Shown: positions 9,300-19,642 of the stretch, in pieces
Numbering within the stretch: position 1 is the first letter of the stretch
Layout of the letters: every line of letters starts with the position of its first letter
From: Candidatus Curtissbacteria bacterium RIFOXYA1_FULL_41_14
GTDB lineage: Bacteria > Patescibacteriota > Microgenomatia > Curtissbacterales > GWA2-41-24
Assembly: GCA_001775095.1 (NCBI GenBank)
Contig: MFCA01000029.1
Span: 153,173-217,172, forward strand
Direction: 5' to 3'
Length of the DNA: 64,000 nt
The notes under the pieces: generated by a model
The model's database searches: none
What the model saw: only the letters and a program-made list of their open reading frames with translations
What the model was told of the DNA's origin: nothing
Program-made: the position numbers and the translations under genes

Positions 9300-10682
9300 A
9301 TGAAGTATTTTTGTCTTTGGCTAATTATATTTTTGATAGGCGGACAATCTGTGCTGGCCGTAAACGATCCTGGCGCAAACCCTAATAATAAGGTAGGAGT
9401 TGGAACTCTTTCACCGAACTCCGAAGTTGAGGAAATTGATTCCATGGTTAATGCCAACGGTGACTGGGGATGGGTGGTAATTTTAGTCAAAAAGAGTGAA
9501 ATGAATTTAGACAGATGGCAAGGCGTATTCCACTTACTTACTAAGCATCATCTGATTCCAATTGTTAGAATTGCCACCGAATTTGACCAGCAGGGTTTCT
9601 GGCAAAGGCCTGCTGATGAGGACGCAAAGGCCTGGGCTAATTTTTTATCATCTCTTTATTGGCCGACAAAAAACCGCTATGTCCTGGTTTATAATGAGGT
9701 AAATAGAGCTGAAGAATGGGGAGGAAAAGCGGATGCCGCAGATTATGCCAAAGAACTTGAAAAAACAATCAATGTTCTTAAGGAAAAAAGCGCTGATTTT
9801 TTCATTTTACCTTCCCCTCTAGATTTATCACTTAATACGCATAATGGGTCTCTTGATGCGTCAATTTTTTACAAAACGATGGAGTCAACCACGCCACAAA
9901 TATTTACAAGAATTGACGGGTGGTCTTCACATTCTTATCCAAACCCAAATTTTACTTCTAGTCCTTTTAGATCAGGACGCCTGAGCATTAAAGGTTACGA
10001 ATGGGAACTTTCACAAATCGAATCTTATATAAAGGGGAGAAATTTGCCGGTGTTTATTACTGAGACCGGATGGAAGAGAAAAATACAAAACGGAGAGGGA
10101 GTTAACGAAGACCTTATAAGACAATATTATAAGATTGCATTTGAGAAAGTCTGGAATGATAAAAGAGTAGTCGCAGTCACACCATTTATTTTTAATTACC
10201 CCGAGTCTCTATACTATCCATTTTCTTTCAAGACAAACGAGGAAGATTCCGCAAAAGAATATTTTGATTATTTTTTTGCGATCCGTGATTTACCAAAAGT
10301 AAAGGGAGAACCGCAAAGAGAAGATTTGGCAGCGGATATTCAAACTGATCTGCCGGGTATTATTATAAAAGATTCGACTAATAATACCGTTGTTACTTTT
10401 AAAAATACAGGCAATTATATTTGGAAAACAGATGATTCTCTAAGGGTTAATATTGACGCACAACCGGATATTCAGATTGAAGAAATTAAATGGGAAAAAG
10501 GTGAAATCTATCCGGGAGAGACTGCGGTAGGCAAATTAAAATTTGAAAGCAATTCAAAAGGCCCCTTATCTTTAGCTATTAGTATCAAGAATAATGATCA
10601 ATTATTGGCTCAAGAGACAGTAACTACCACAAGTGAAACCTATTTTTCTTTGATCGCAAGAGGGATCAAAAATCTATTTTAG
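9300..10682 (+). CDS. Secreted clan GH-A (GH5-like) glycoside hydrolase with C-terminal Ig/CARDB-like domain
   Basis: Signal peptide MKYFCLWLIIFLIGGQSVLA. 'VYNEVN' (acid/base NE on strand 4), 'HSY' and 'FITETGW' (nucleophile TE plus Trp) match the clan GH-A catalytic signature. Confidence 0.5.
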   Translation: MKYFCLWLIIFLIGGQSVLAVNDPGANPNNKVGVGTLSPNSEVEEIDSMVNANGDWGWVVILVKKSEMNLDRWQGVFHLLTKHHLIPIVRIATEFDQQGFWQRPADEDAKAWANFLSSLYWPTKNRYVLVYNEVNRAEEWGGKADAADYAKELEKTINVLKEKSADFFILPSPLDLSLNTHNGSLDASIFYKTMESTTPQIFTRIDGWSSHSYPNPNFTSSPFRSGRLSIKGYEWELSQIESYIKGRNLPVFITETGWKRKIQNGEGVNEDLIRQYYKIAFEKVWNDKRVVAVTPFIFNYPESLYYPFSFKTNEEDSAKEYFDYFFAIRDLPKVKGEPQREDLAADIQTDLPGIIIKDSTNNTVVTFKNTGNYIWKTDDSLRVNIDAQPDIQIEEIKWEKGEIYPGETAVGKLKFESNSKGPLSLAISIKNNDQLLAQETVTTTSETYFSLIARGIKNLF

Positions 10683-11749
10683 ATAGGATAAATTACTTCA
10701 CCTTGAGGATGGCCTTGAAATTTACCATTTTCAAAAACCGTTTGACCGCGTATAACGACTTTTTTAATCTCTCCCCTACCCGGCAGTCCCACAAAAGGGG
10801 TCCAGCCGCATTTAGTGAATAAACCTTTGTTTGTGATCTTAAATTTTTTACTTGGATCGACAATCACAAAGGTATTTGGCTGGACAGGAAGGTGAAAAAT
10901 GTTGCGAGGATTAACACTTGTCATCTGAATCAGCCGATCAAATGTCAACAAGCCCCTAGATACTGCTGTCAACATTAATGGCAAAGTTGTTTCCAGTCCT
11001 GGAACCCCAAATGGAGGCGATTTACTATACTTCTCCGCCAATGTGTGAGGAGCATGATCTGTTGAAATCATGTCGATGCTGTCAATATTGTCCCAAAGTT
11101 TTTTCTGAGTTGTCTTTGTCGGAAGTGGCGGTTTCATGATGCCGAGTGGACCGAGCTGCCTGACATCGCTTTTTGTTAAAAATAAGTGATGAGGGGTAAC
11201 TTCACAACTTATTTTGACTCCTTCAGATCTGGCTTTTCGGATTGAGTTAATTTGATGATTATCAGCAATATGACAAACATGGAGATTTTTTTTGTACTTT
11301 TTAGCAAGTTTAATTGCTACATCAACGGTTTCCCCTTCGGCATGAACCATAATCGGTAAATCACTTTGCCAGGATTTAAAAATCAAATCGCGATCCGCCA
11401 GTTTATCAATAAGTAAGGTTCCGGTTGTTTGATTCATATAGACTTTAAGGCCAAATACCTTTTTTGAAATTTGAAGGAAATACTTTGTAGAGTCAGCAGT
11501 TGCACCAAAATTAAATCCAAGATCGCACCAGATTCTTTCATTGGCGCGATTAAATTTGTCGTTAAGAGCTCCTGAAGATATTGTTGGGGGAATACTATTT
11601 GGCATATCAAGAATCTGGGTGTATCCTCCGGCAACAGCTGCTTTTGTTCCTGTCTCGAAATCTTCTTTCTGCATTCCGCCCGGTTCTTTCAAATGCACAT
11701 GAACATCTGCCATGCCTGGAAGTTCCAAAAGGTTATTCTTACGATTCAT
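10679..11749 (-). CDS. pyrC: Dihydroorotase (short type)
   Basis: 'DVHVHLKEPGG' metal-binding HxH and 'STDHAPH' motifs of dihydroorotase/cyclic amidohydrolases. 356 aa. Confidence 0.7.
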   Translation of the reverse strand: MNRKNNLLELPGMADVHVHLKEPGGMQKEDFETGTKAAVAGGYTQILDMPNSIPPTISSGALNDKFNRANERIWCDLGFNFGATADSTKYFLQISKKVFGLKVYMNQTTGTLLIDKLADRDLIFKSWQSDLPIMVHAEGETVDVAIKLAKKYKKNLHVCHIADNHQINSIRKARSEGVKISCEVTPHHLFLTKSDVRQLGPLGIMKPPLPTKTTQKKLWDNIDSIDMISTDHAPHTLAEKYSKSPPFGVPGLETTLPLMLTAVSRGLLTFDRLIQMTSVNPRNIFHLPVQPNTFVIVDPSKKFKITNKGLFTKCGWTPFVGLPGRGEIKKVVIRGQTVFENGKFQGHPQGEVIYPI

Positions 11750-11769
11750 TGAAAGTAATTATTCATCCT

Positions 11770-11845
11770 CTTGCGTCATCCCGCACTTGATGCGGGATCC
11801 AGATTTAATTGTATAGATTCCCGCTTTCGCGGGAATGACATGGAG
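11770..11845. repeat. Pair of GC hairpins of the 'GTCATCC...GGATGAC' palindrome family
   Basis: gtcatcccgcacttgatgcgggatc and gattcccgctttcgcgggaatgac have stems of 7-8 bp. A related copy gtcatcctgaacttgattcaggatc lies at 62597-62622. Confidence 0.6.
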
Positions 11846-11895
11846 GAAACTATTGATAAGATTTTAACACAGGAGAATTTAATGTATATAATAAG

Positions 11896-12465
11896 GTGGT
11901 GGTAGAAGCGAAGGCCATTAGGCGCAAAAAACTATTTCGAGACGGGACAGTAATATCAGTCAGTGTTCTAGCCGCTGTTATCCTCTATCAATCAAATTTT
12001 CTTATAGAATTTCTCAATTCTTTCTCCGGAATTTACTTTGTGATGGGTGCTTTTTTAGCCGGAATCCTTTTTGCATCAACATTTACTGTGGCTGTTGCAA
12101 GTTCAGTCTTTCTGCTTTTGACAAAAACTCACAATGCTTTCGCAATTGCCCTCATTGGCGGTTTGGGGGCGCTGGCAGGCGATACACTGATTTTTAAATT
12201 TTTAAGGGATGATTTGATTGCGGATTTTGAGTATTTAGAAAAACATTTTCCAAATAAATTGGCCAAGAGGATTATTCACTCTAAATTAATTTTCTGGTTT
12301 TTGCCAATCATCGCCGCTCTTGTGATTGCCTCACCATTTCCCGATGAGGTTGGTTTGCTTTTACTTGCCAGCATCAAGTTAAAATACCACCATTTTTCAA
12401 TCCTCTCATTCACTTTTAATACGATCGGGATATTAATTCTTTCTATTGTGGGAAAAGCAATTTAA
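11896..12465 (+). CDS. Small polytopic membrane protein, hypothetical
   Basis: 189 aa with about 5 TM segments. Confidence 0.45.
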   Translation: MVVEAKAIRRKKLFRDGTVISVSVLAAVILYQSNFLIEFLNSFSGIYFVMGAFLAGILFASTFTVAVASSVFLLLTKTHNAFAIALIGGLGALAGDTLIFKFLRDDLIADFEYLEKHFPNKLAKRIIHSKLIFWFLPIIAALVIASPFPDEVGLLLLASIKLKYHHFSILSFTFNTIGILILSIVGKAI

Positions 12466-12494
12466 GAGAAAAGTATTATAATAAATATCATTTC

Positions 12495-13715
12495 ATGGGG
12501 AAAATAAATCTTTCTTATCTTGCTCCACTTACAGTATTTATTTTCGCTGTATTTTCCGGCTTCATAATTCATCAGGCTACCTGGTTTAATGTTGATAAGC
12601 ATTTTTCACTGCTTGCCGAAAGTTTTCTTCATAACGATCTCTTTTTGAGTCCTAATAATTTACCAAATGGGGACTTCGTAGATTTCTTTGGAAAACAGTA
12701 TTTATTTTTCGGCCCCATTCCTTCAATTCTGCTTATGCCTTTTGTTTTTATTTGGGGAAAAAATTTTCCTCAAATAACTTTATCGATTACATCCCTTGTC
12801 ATAGTTTATCTGTCAATATTCTTATTATGCAGGAAATTGCAATTTACGAAAATTGATGCTTTTTGGCTTGCCAACTTTTTTGTTTTTGGGACAGTTTTAT
12901 ATTTTGTGGGACTGGTTAATATCTCTGCTTATGTTGTCCAGACTATCGGTACCGCCTTTGTTGTACTTGCGCTTTTGGAGTATTTTACAAAAAGGAGATG
13001 GTTCGTAATTGGCCTATTGATAGCTGCAGCCGGCGCTACACGAATTACATTATTTGGAATGACAGTTTTTTTCCTTTTCGAGATTATACGTTTGCGCCAG
13101 AAACTCCATTTAGGACGCAGTTTCATTTTTCTTTTAATTCCAATATTTTTTTCTGTAAGCATGTTAGGTCTTTATAATTTCCGTAGATTCCACTCCGTTT
13201 CTGATACAGGATATACAAGGAATGTTACAGTACTAGATAAAAACTATTTAAACAATCAAGAGGGATTCTTTAGTTTAAAGCATATACCCGCTAATTTATA
13301 TGTTCTTTTGTTGATGCCACCTGAACCTGTACTAAAAGATGGAGTTCAGTTTGTACTAAAGTTTCCTTATCTTAAAGTTAATCACCTTGGGATGGCAATT
13401 TTGTTTACTTCTCCTTTATTTCTTTATCTACTCAAAGCAAGAAAGGCTCCTTATACAATGCCAGCTATCATTGGCATCATCGTTCTTCTAATTCCTTCTT
13501 TAGTTTACTTTGGTATTGGTATAAGTCAATTTGGGTACAGATATAGTTTGGACTTTCTGCCCTTATTATTTTTACTCTTGGCTACCAGTTTCAAAAACGG
13601 ATTACCCGTTTTTGCAAAAATATTAATCACTTTTGGAATTATTTTTGACGTTTTCTATATGTCAAATATTTGGGGTACTTATCCACTGCTTTCATTTTTT
13701 GATTATTTGAGGTAG
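12495..13715 (+). CDS. Polytopic membrane protein, possible GT-C fold glycosyltransferase
   Basis: 406 aa with about 11 TM segments. Lies between the GT-C array and the GT2 genes. Confidence 0.45.
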   Translation: MGKINLSYLAPLTVFIFAVFSGFIIHQATWFNVDKHFSLLAESFLHNDLFLSPNNLPNGDFVDFFGKQYLFFGPIPSILLMPFVFIWGKNFPQITLSITSLVIVYLSIFLLCRKLQFTKIDAFWLANFFVFGTVLYFVGLVNISAYVVQTIGTAFVVLALLEYFTKRRWFVIGLLIAAAGATRITLFGMTVFFLFEIIRLRQKLHLGRSFIFLLIPIFFSVSMLGLYNFRRFHSVSDTGYTRNVTVLDKNYLNNQEGFFSLKHIPANLYVLLLMPPEPVLKDGVQFVLKFPYLKVNHLGMAILFTSPLFLYLLKARKAPYTMPAIIGIIVLLIPSLVYFGIGISQFGYRYSLDFLPLLFLLLATSFKNGLPVFAKILITFGIIFDVFYMSNIWGTYPLLSFFDYLR

Positions 13716-14494
13716 CTTGAGGTTTTCGTTCGAAATAGAACACTTTTTACTATTCCCAATTCGTGTAAAAGATAGATAAATACTGTCCAGAGAGTTAAAA
13801 GACCGTATTTGGTTGAACGTGTGAGATTGATTGATGATGCTTCGGGGAAATATTTGCAGGGAACTGGAATTTCGGAGATATTAAATCCGAAAGACAGGGT
13901 AGAGATCAAAATCTGCTGGTCAAAAATAAAATCATCAGAAAATTTGTGGTAAGGAATGTTTGCTAAAACTTGGCGTGAATACGCACGGAAGCCGGTGTGA
14001 TACTCGGAAAGATTCAATCCCATTGCCAGATTTTCGACCAATGTTAAAAATCGATTGGCAAAGTATTTCCATAAAGGCATACCACCTGCCAAAACTTGAC
14101 TGCGGGTTTGAATCCGTGAACCGAGCATTATATCCGCCCGGCTGTTAACAATCGGTTCGCATAATACTCCAACAAGTTTGGCATCATATTGGTAGTCCGG
14201 ATGAACCATAACAACAACGTCTGGCTTTCTTTTTAAAGCTTGATCATAACAGGTTTTTTGATTAGCGCCGTAACCTTTATTCCTTTTATGAATATAGACT
14301 GTGATACCAATTTTTTTCGCTTTCTGGACAGTCTCATCACTGGAGGCATCATCGACCAGAATTACTTCAGAAATTAAATCTTTGGGCAAATCATCAACAG
14401 TTTTTTTAATAGTCTTTTCGGCATTGTAAGCCGGCATAACGACAATTATTTTGGGACTTTTATTCGGATTCCAAAGGATATTATGGTTTTGCAA
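13703..14494 (-). CDS. GT2 family glycosyltransferase
   Basis: 'VVMPAYNAEKTIKKTVDDL...ILVDDASSDET' GT-A N-terminal signature. TTG start in the ORF track. Confidence 0.7.
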   Translation of the reverse strand: MQNHNILWNPNKSPKIIVVMPAYNAEKTIKKTVDDLPKDLISEVILVDDASSDETVQKAKKIGITVYIHKRNKGYGANQKTCYDQALKRKPDVVVMVHPDYQYDAKLVGVLCEPIVNSRADIMLGSRIQTRSQVLAGGMPLWKYFANRFLTLVENLAMGLNLSEYHTGFRAYSRQVLANIPYHKFSDDFIFDQQILISTLSFGFNISEIPVPCKYFPEASSINLTRSTKYGLLTLWTVFIYLLHELGIVKSVLFRTKTSSYLK

Positions 14495-15401
14495 ATTTGT
14501 TTAGAACCTCCCTGTCGGACAATTGACAATTGACAATTGACAGCTGACAACTGACAACTAAGCTGGGAATCTGGGATAAAGCCCAGAGGAAGCCGATGAA
14601 GAAGGCCAAATCAAGAGTAGCTAGCGCTTTGACGAGATGATAAGGGAACCACGCTAGATGCTGGATAAGCCAAAGCAGGTCAGAAATATTTTTCCAGACA
14701 AAGAGAAATTGGTTTTTGTAGGAAACAGTTCTGATATAAAAATCCGATTTTGATTTTTTAATTGTGCCTTCCTGATGAAAGTGGTTTACTTTGGAATTTG
14801 GCTCAAATAGACACAAATACCCTTTTTTCCAAGCTTTGAATGAAAGATCGATGTCTTCCCAATAGAATGGAGCAAATATTTCATCAAACCCGCCGAGCTC
14901 TAAAAACTTTTCTTTGTCAAAAAGTCCGGACCCCCCAGAAACCCAGAGAGTCTCGCCAGATTCTGCCACCAGTGCAAAGTGTTCAAGGAAACCCTTTTTG
15001 AAGACTCCGCCTCCCCTTCCTCTTACCACAATTTTCCCTTTCTCGTGACTGTAATCTGCAAGACCAATGGCAAAAACTTTATCGTGAGCGAAGAGAGAAA
15101 GAGCTGGTTTCAAAAAGTCCGCTCGCGGCGCAACATCGGAATTTAGAAGTAGAACCAAATTGCCATCGGCTGCTTTTATTCCCGCATTCGCGGCATAAGC
15201 GAATCCCTTATTTTTAGGAAGTTGAATTAATTTTATCTTTTTAAAATTTTTATTGATAAAATTCACCGAATCATCTGCAGAAGCATCGTCAACGACAATT
15301 ATTTGACAATTGGGGCAATGTTTTATGACACTTGGCAAATTTTTTGCCAACAAATCACAACCATTGAAATTTGGAATAATTACTGATATTTTTTGTGCCA
15401 T
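14481..15401 (-). CDS. GT2 family glycosyltransferase with heptamer-repeat-encoded C-terminal tail
   Basis: 'ISVIIPNFNGCDLL...IIVVDDASADDS'. The C-terminal 'VVSCQLSIVNCQLSD' is encoded by the (ACAATTG)n repeat at 14518-14559. Confidence 0.7.
   Translation of the reverse strand: MAQKISVIIPNFNGCDLLAKNLPSVIKHCPNCQIIVVDDASADDSVNFINKNFKKIKLIQLPKNKGFAYAANAGIKAADGNLVLLLNSDVAPRADFLKPALSLFAHDKVFAIGLADYSHEKGKIVVRGRGGGVFKKGFLEHFALVAESGETLWVSGGSGLFDKEKFLELGGFDEIFAPFYWEDIDLSFKAWKKGYLCLFEPNSKVNHFHQEGTIKKSKSDFYIRTVSYKNQFLFVWKNISDLLWLIQHLAWFPYHLVKALATLDLAFFIGFLWALSQIPSLVVSCQLSIVNCQLSDREVLNKFAKP
14518..14559. repeat. Heptanucleotide tandem repeat (ACAATTG/ACAGCTG/ACAACTG) x6 inside the 3' end of a GT2 gene
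   Basis: gacaattgacaattgacaattgacagctgacaactgacaac. Confidence 0.8.
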
Positions 15402-17860
15402 AAATAAAGTGAAAAAAATATTGTTATAATAATGCCTACTATCGAAAGATAAAGACCATTATAGAATGATTGTGGCCTGAATTTAAATTCGGCTTCATGC
15501 TCTCCTCTGGGTATTAGAACGGACTGAAACATGTAGTTTATTCTTTTAATCTCATCTTTTTGGCCATCGATATAAACCTGCCAGCCGGGATAAAAAACGT
15601 TAGAGATAACAAGAGGGGCTTCGTCATCTGTTTTTGTTCTGAGTGTTAGCGACTGATCAGAGTACTTTATAAAGTTAACTGAGGCTTCGATTCTTTGCTT
15701 TGGGAATCCAAAATCCGACGAGACTGCAGTTGATCTAATATCAAAATGAGGGTCTAAAAGTTGTTCTAACTCTTGGTTTTGATCCCCAACTCTAATCACT
15801 TCTTTCACGAAAAACGCACGGGGTAGAGCATTGTCATTTCTAAAAATTTTAGTCTCCCCTTCTTGGAAGACTTTTTCAAAACCGGGCTCGGAAAGTTCGT
15901 CAAAAGTTGCTATGTAGCGCACATTCAGAAAATCGGCAATTTTTGAGAAGTACTTTTGGGGTGTTACTATTCTGTTAAAAGATCCGGCTTGGGTTACTTT
16001 TTGAGATTCCCAGGCAGTTACCAGCATTGCGTAATCTTTAAGATAAAGTGGATCATAACCATTAACAGCTTCAATCTGATAAACACTCGGTGTATTGCCA
16101 TTAAAGATTCTTCTGTCGGTGGTCATTATTCTAAAAGGTTTTTCCTGACTTGATAAGTATTTTGTAGTCTGTGTTTGAGGAAAAATCCAGGAAAGTTTTG
16201 AAAAAGGAGTGAACTTATAGCCGAATCTGAACAGTTCAAATAGCGTTAAGGCAAAAATCGCCAAAAGTAAAATAGTTTTTGGAATTTTGGCGATTTTTAA
16301 AATTATAAGTGCAAGCATTGAGAAAGAGATTAGTATTGGAAATATTAAATTTCTCAGGGCAACTTTAAATGAGTCAATATTTCCAGTAATAGGGAAAACA
16401 TCTTTAAAGATTAATGTGTAGGCTGCAAGAACAAATAGAACTGATAGAATTAAAACTGCCGGGATAATATGTTTCTTTTCGCGTTTCTTTTCGATAAAGT
16501 AATTTACTCCATAAGCGGACAAAACCGAAAGCGAGAATATAAAAAGAAATAGGATTCTTGAGGGTTGCATTGAAGAAATTAGAGGGAAATTAAAGATGTA
16601 GGGAATTTTTGAAATTGGATTTGCGATCGCAAAAACCAAGGAAAAAATTGCCAAAAATATAAAATAGATCGCCCTTTTTTCTCTTGACAAAAGTGCGAAG
16701 ATTACAAAAGCAAGAGGAACGATGCCGACAAAGCTGACGAATTCAGCCCAGTTCCAGATTCCCCAATAATTATAAGTTGCGGGATTACCAAAAAAATCCG
16801 GAGCCACAAGTTGAATCAAATTCTGAACTGGCAGAAACCAGTCAGTTCTTCCCGTAAAATACCCTTGATCAATTTCTCTTGCAGACAATCTGACAAACTC
16901 TAATGCCGGTAAAAGCTGAACCGCAGATATTAGAATACCTAAGGCCAATCCGCAAACTATAATCGTTAAGATTTCCAGCTTTTTTGATTGAAAAGTTTGA
17001 AAAATGACATAGAAGAACGTTGCGATAAACACGTAAAAGGCGGTCTGCCAATGACCTGACAGGATAGTTTGAGAGGCTGCAACTACTAAAACAATAAACC
17101 ACAGCGGGGATTGCCGAGTGAATAACTTATATTCGCTCGCAGAATGCCCTGTACTCTTGGTCCACGGATGAATGCTGGAGCGAATAGATACTTTCGAGGT
17201 ATATTCTGCTCGCTCATGTAAACTTTTAGGACAATATCGAGAGCTTTCAGCTCTCGAAAGTTTATTGACCGCAAGAAGAATTAAGGGAAGCCACATGGCA
17301 CAAGTAACGATAGTTCCCCAGGTCATCCAAGCAATAAAAAATCCGGTGAAGGGTAAAACAAGGGCTCCAAACATAGAGGCCATAATTGAAAGTTGCAGGC
17401 CTGTCTTGCCGGCAGGCAGGCTTCTCAAAAACAGGAACATAAAAAGTCCCGTTAATATCACAGGTAAAATTATTGCCAGCGTCCAAGCTATGTTAAACGG
17501 AAAGATGAAAAAGAGAAAATTAAATAACTGAAATGGCGATGACTGAATATTTGCTAAAAGTGGCTGACCCGAGAAACTATAAGGATTCCATAGAGGCAAA
17601 TTTCCTTCCTTTATATCATTCACTGCCAAATATCGCCATGGATATGTTTGCAAGACTGGATCAGTAATCAGAGGATTTTTAACCGGAAATTTACCCGCAT
17701 TGAAACCATCATATGTTTGGTCCCTCCAGGGATGATAGAGTCCCAAAAGGTCATCGGCACCAATTGGAACTTTTCCCATTAATAAATTTGGCAGGAAAAA
17801 AAGAAATACTATGATACAAATAACTATTGCACCAAAAGTATTAGAAGATAATTTTTTCAT
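15380..17860 (-). CDS. YfhO-like large polytopic membrane protein (putative GT-C glycosyltransferase), paralog Y1
   Basis: 826 aa. N-terminal 'LWNPYSFSGQPLLANIQSSPF' block shared with 37097..39529. Size and topology match YfhO-family proteins. This is family assignment by resemblance only. Confidence 0.5.
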   Translation of the reverse strand: MKKLSSNTFGAIVICIIVFLFFLPNLLMGKVPIGADDLLGLYHPWRDQTYDGFNAGKFPVKNPLITDPVLQTYPWRYLAVNDIKEGNLPLWNPYSFSGQPLLANIQSSPFQLFNFLFFIFPFNIAWTLAIILPVILTGLFMFLFLRSLPAGKTGLQLSIMASMFGALVLPFTGFFIAWMTWGTIVTCAMWLPLILLAVNKLSRAESSRYCPKSLHERAEYTSKVSIRSSIHPWTKSTGHSASEYKLFTRQSPLWFIVLVVAASQTILSGHWQTAFYVFIATFFYVIFQTFQSKKLEILTIIVCGLALGILISAVQLLPALEFVRLSAREIDQGYFTGRTDWFLPVQNLIQLVAPDFFGNPATYNYWGIWNWAEFVSFVGIVPLAFVIFALLSREKRAIYFIFLAIFSLVFAIANPISKIPYIFNFPLISSMQPSRILFLFIFSLSVLSAYGVNYFIEKKREKKHIIPAVLILSVLFVLAAYTLIFKDVFPITGNIDSFKVALRNLIFPILISFSMLALIILKIAKIPKTILLLAIFALTLFELFRFGYKFTPFSKLSWIFPQTQTTKYLSSQEKPFRIMTTDRRIFNGNTPSVYQIEAVNGYDPLYLKDYAMLVTAWESQKVTQAGSFNRIVTPQKYFSKIADFLNVRYIATFDELSEPGFEKVFQEGETKIFRNDNALPRAFFVKEVIRVGDQNQELEQLLDPHFDIRSTAVSSDFGFPKQRIEASVNFIKYSDQSLTLRTKTDDEAPLVISNVFYPGWQVYIDGQKDEIKRINYMFQSVLIPRGEHEAEFKFRPQSFYNGLYLSIVGIIITIFFSLYLWHKKYQ

Positions 17861-18890
17861 ATTCCCTGAAAAAAACCTCTTGGCTAAATCTTCGACTATT
17901 CTTTATTGCCGCTTGAGAAAGTTTTAAAAATTGTTCTGGGCTGTTAATAAGATTTATAGTTGTTTCGTAAAGCTGGGTTTTCGTAGACCAGAGCAGTCCA
18001 TTCTTACCGTCTTCTACTATTTCTTTTTGTCCTCCTTTATCTATGACGATGGGAACGGCACCTGCAGCTTGTGCTTCGACCGTTGAAATACCAAAATGTT
18101 CCATTTTTTGAGGTGCTTTTATCTCGTCTTCTCCAAAACCGGTCGCATGCCAATAAATGGAAGCAGCAGAGTATAGCTTTCTCAATTTATCTATTTGCAA
18201 ATTTTCGAAAATTCTAATGCCATATCCTCTGGTTGTTTTTTTTAACCCTCTCACATACTTATAATCTTCTTTTTTGGATTGTCCCACTAAGATCAGTCGC
18301 CAAGCAGGCGCTTTTTTGTAAACCTCTTTGAAGACCTCAATTAAAACTTCCTGTTTTTTGGGGTGAAGTTGGTTCCTACTAAATCTACCTACTGAAAGTA
18401 TTATCTTCTCTTTTTTACCGGGCTTTATATTTTCGATATCTACCGGAGGATAGATGACCTTTGAATCTATTCCAAAACTTTTATCTATATAATTTTTTGT
18501 GAAATTTGAATTGGTAACCACCCAATTAAAACGTGAGAGTTTTAATTTTGTTGTAAAAGAGGCAGATGGAAAATTGAACGGAACCTGGAAATGAAGAATG
18601 TTTTTTGAAGCCATGGTTAAGGGGACACTCCCGTCTGACAGAATAAAAATACAATTGTAGCCAAATGTAGTAAAAGCTTTTTGAAATAAGTTTGATTTAA
18701 ATATATCATTTACAAATCTTGTCTTGGTTAGATCAATTTTTAAAAAACGTGCAAGGGGTGGTTTGATGGCAGAGTCATCCCAAAAAATATCAACTAAATG
18801 ATCTTTTGACAGATAGGAGGCAAGAGCCAACATATATCTTTCTCCCCCGCCGAAAGTATCAAGATATGGACTGTAAAAACCAAATTTCAT
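17841..18890 (-). CDS. GT4 (GT-B fold) glycosyltransferase
   Basis: C-terminal 'EHFGISTVEAQAAGAVPIV...G..E.V' E-x7-E donor-binding motif. Confidence 0.65.
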   Translation of the reverse strand: MKFGFYSPYLDTFGGGERYMLALASYLSKDHLVDIFWDDSAIKPPLARFLKIDLTKTRFVNDIFKSNLFQKAFTTFGYNCIFILSDGSVPLTMASKNILHFQVPFNFPSASFTTKLKLSRFNWVVTNSNFTKNYIDKSFGIDSKVIYPPVDIENIKPGKKEKIILSVGRFSRNQLHPKKQEVLIEVFKEVYKKAPAWRLILVGQSKKEDYKYVRGLKKTTRGYGIRIFENLQIDKLRKLYSAASIYWHATGFGEDEIKAPQKMEHFGISTVEAQAAGAVPIVIDKGGQKEIVEDGKNGLLWSTKTQLYETTINLINSPEQFLKLSQAAIKNSRRFSQEVFFREYEKIIF

Positions 18891-19642
18891 TAGGATACCT
18901 TTTCGATAATTAAATAAGCTCTGTTTACTGTATCGGCAAATTTACGATTTGATAAAAAAGCATAAAGAATTGGATTAGACAAAAAATTAATAAGGAGCTT
19001 TGTAAAATATACTATCTGGCGAATAAATTTAATTTGAGGGTCAAACATATAAAAATAAAATAAATATTTATTTATGTAAATATTTCCTGAATAGACAATT
19101 TGAGTTTTTTTCAGATTAGTTAATTTCTTAATTTCTTTTGGTCTCGGCAAATGATACTTGATATGTTCCTCCAGATATTGTACATTTTTGCCTTTTTTCT
19201 TAAGCCATCTAATAATTTTCTTTTCTTGCAAATTGTGCATTTTTGTGCCTATCGGGAAAGATAAAATTATTTTTTTCGCAGCAACGCTGGTTAGTCTTGC
19301 AATAAATTTCTTTCTTTCGGCAGTCGGTAGGTGTTCCAGAACATCGATTGAACAAACGATATCAAATGAATTTTTATCAAACGGCAGATAATCTTCAGAA
19401 ATAATAACATCACCGCTTTTTAAATTCGCTACTGTTACTTTGACTCCACTTAAGAACTGAGATAGATGTCCAAGCTCCCCGCCAATATCTACCACAGTTT
19501 GACCTGTTTCGATGAAACTTGCTACTTTTTTGTGTCTCTCGTATACATCATAGGGCAAAAAAAATCTACTCATCATGAGTTTGCAACTCCCATAAATAAG
19601 TAAGAACCATTGCTTTGTGATATGCCTGATAGATGGACTCAA
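18890..19642 (-). CDS. Class I SAM-dependent methyltransferase (true start probably near 19576)
   Basis: 'VVDIGGELGHLSQFL' glycine-rich motif I and 'CSIDVLEHLP' motif. Confidence 0.6.
   Translation of the reverse strand: MSPSIRHITKQWFLLIYGSCKLMMSRFFLPYDVYERHKKVASFIETGQTVVDIGGELGHLSQFLSGVKVTVANLKSGDVIISEDYLPFDKNSFDIVCSIDVLEHLPTAERKKFIARLTSVAAKKIILSFPIGTKMHNLQEKKIIRWLKKKGKNVQYLEEHIKYHLPRPKEIKKLTNLKKTQIVYSGNIYINKYLFYFYMFDPQIKFIRQIVYFTKLLINFLSNPILYAFLSNRKFADTVNRAYLIIEKVS

Noticed and set aside
9239-9490. 83-aa minus-strand ORF upstream of or overlapping the GH-A gene start
   Set aside because: It overlaps the signal-peptide-coding start of a well-supported plus-strand gene and has no motif.
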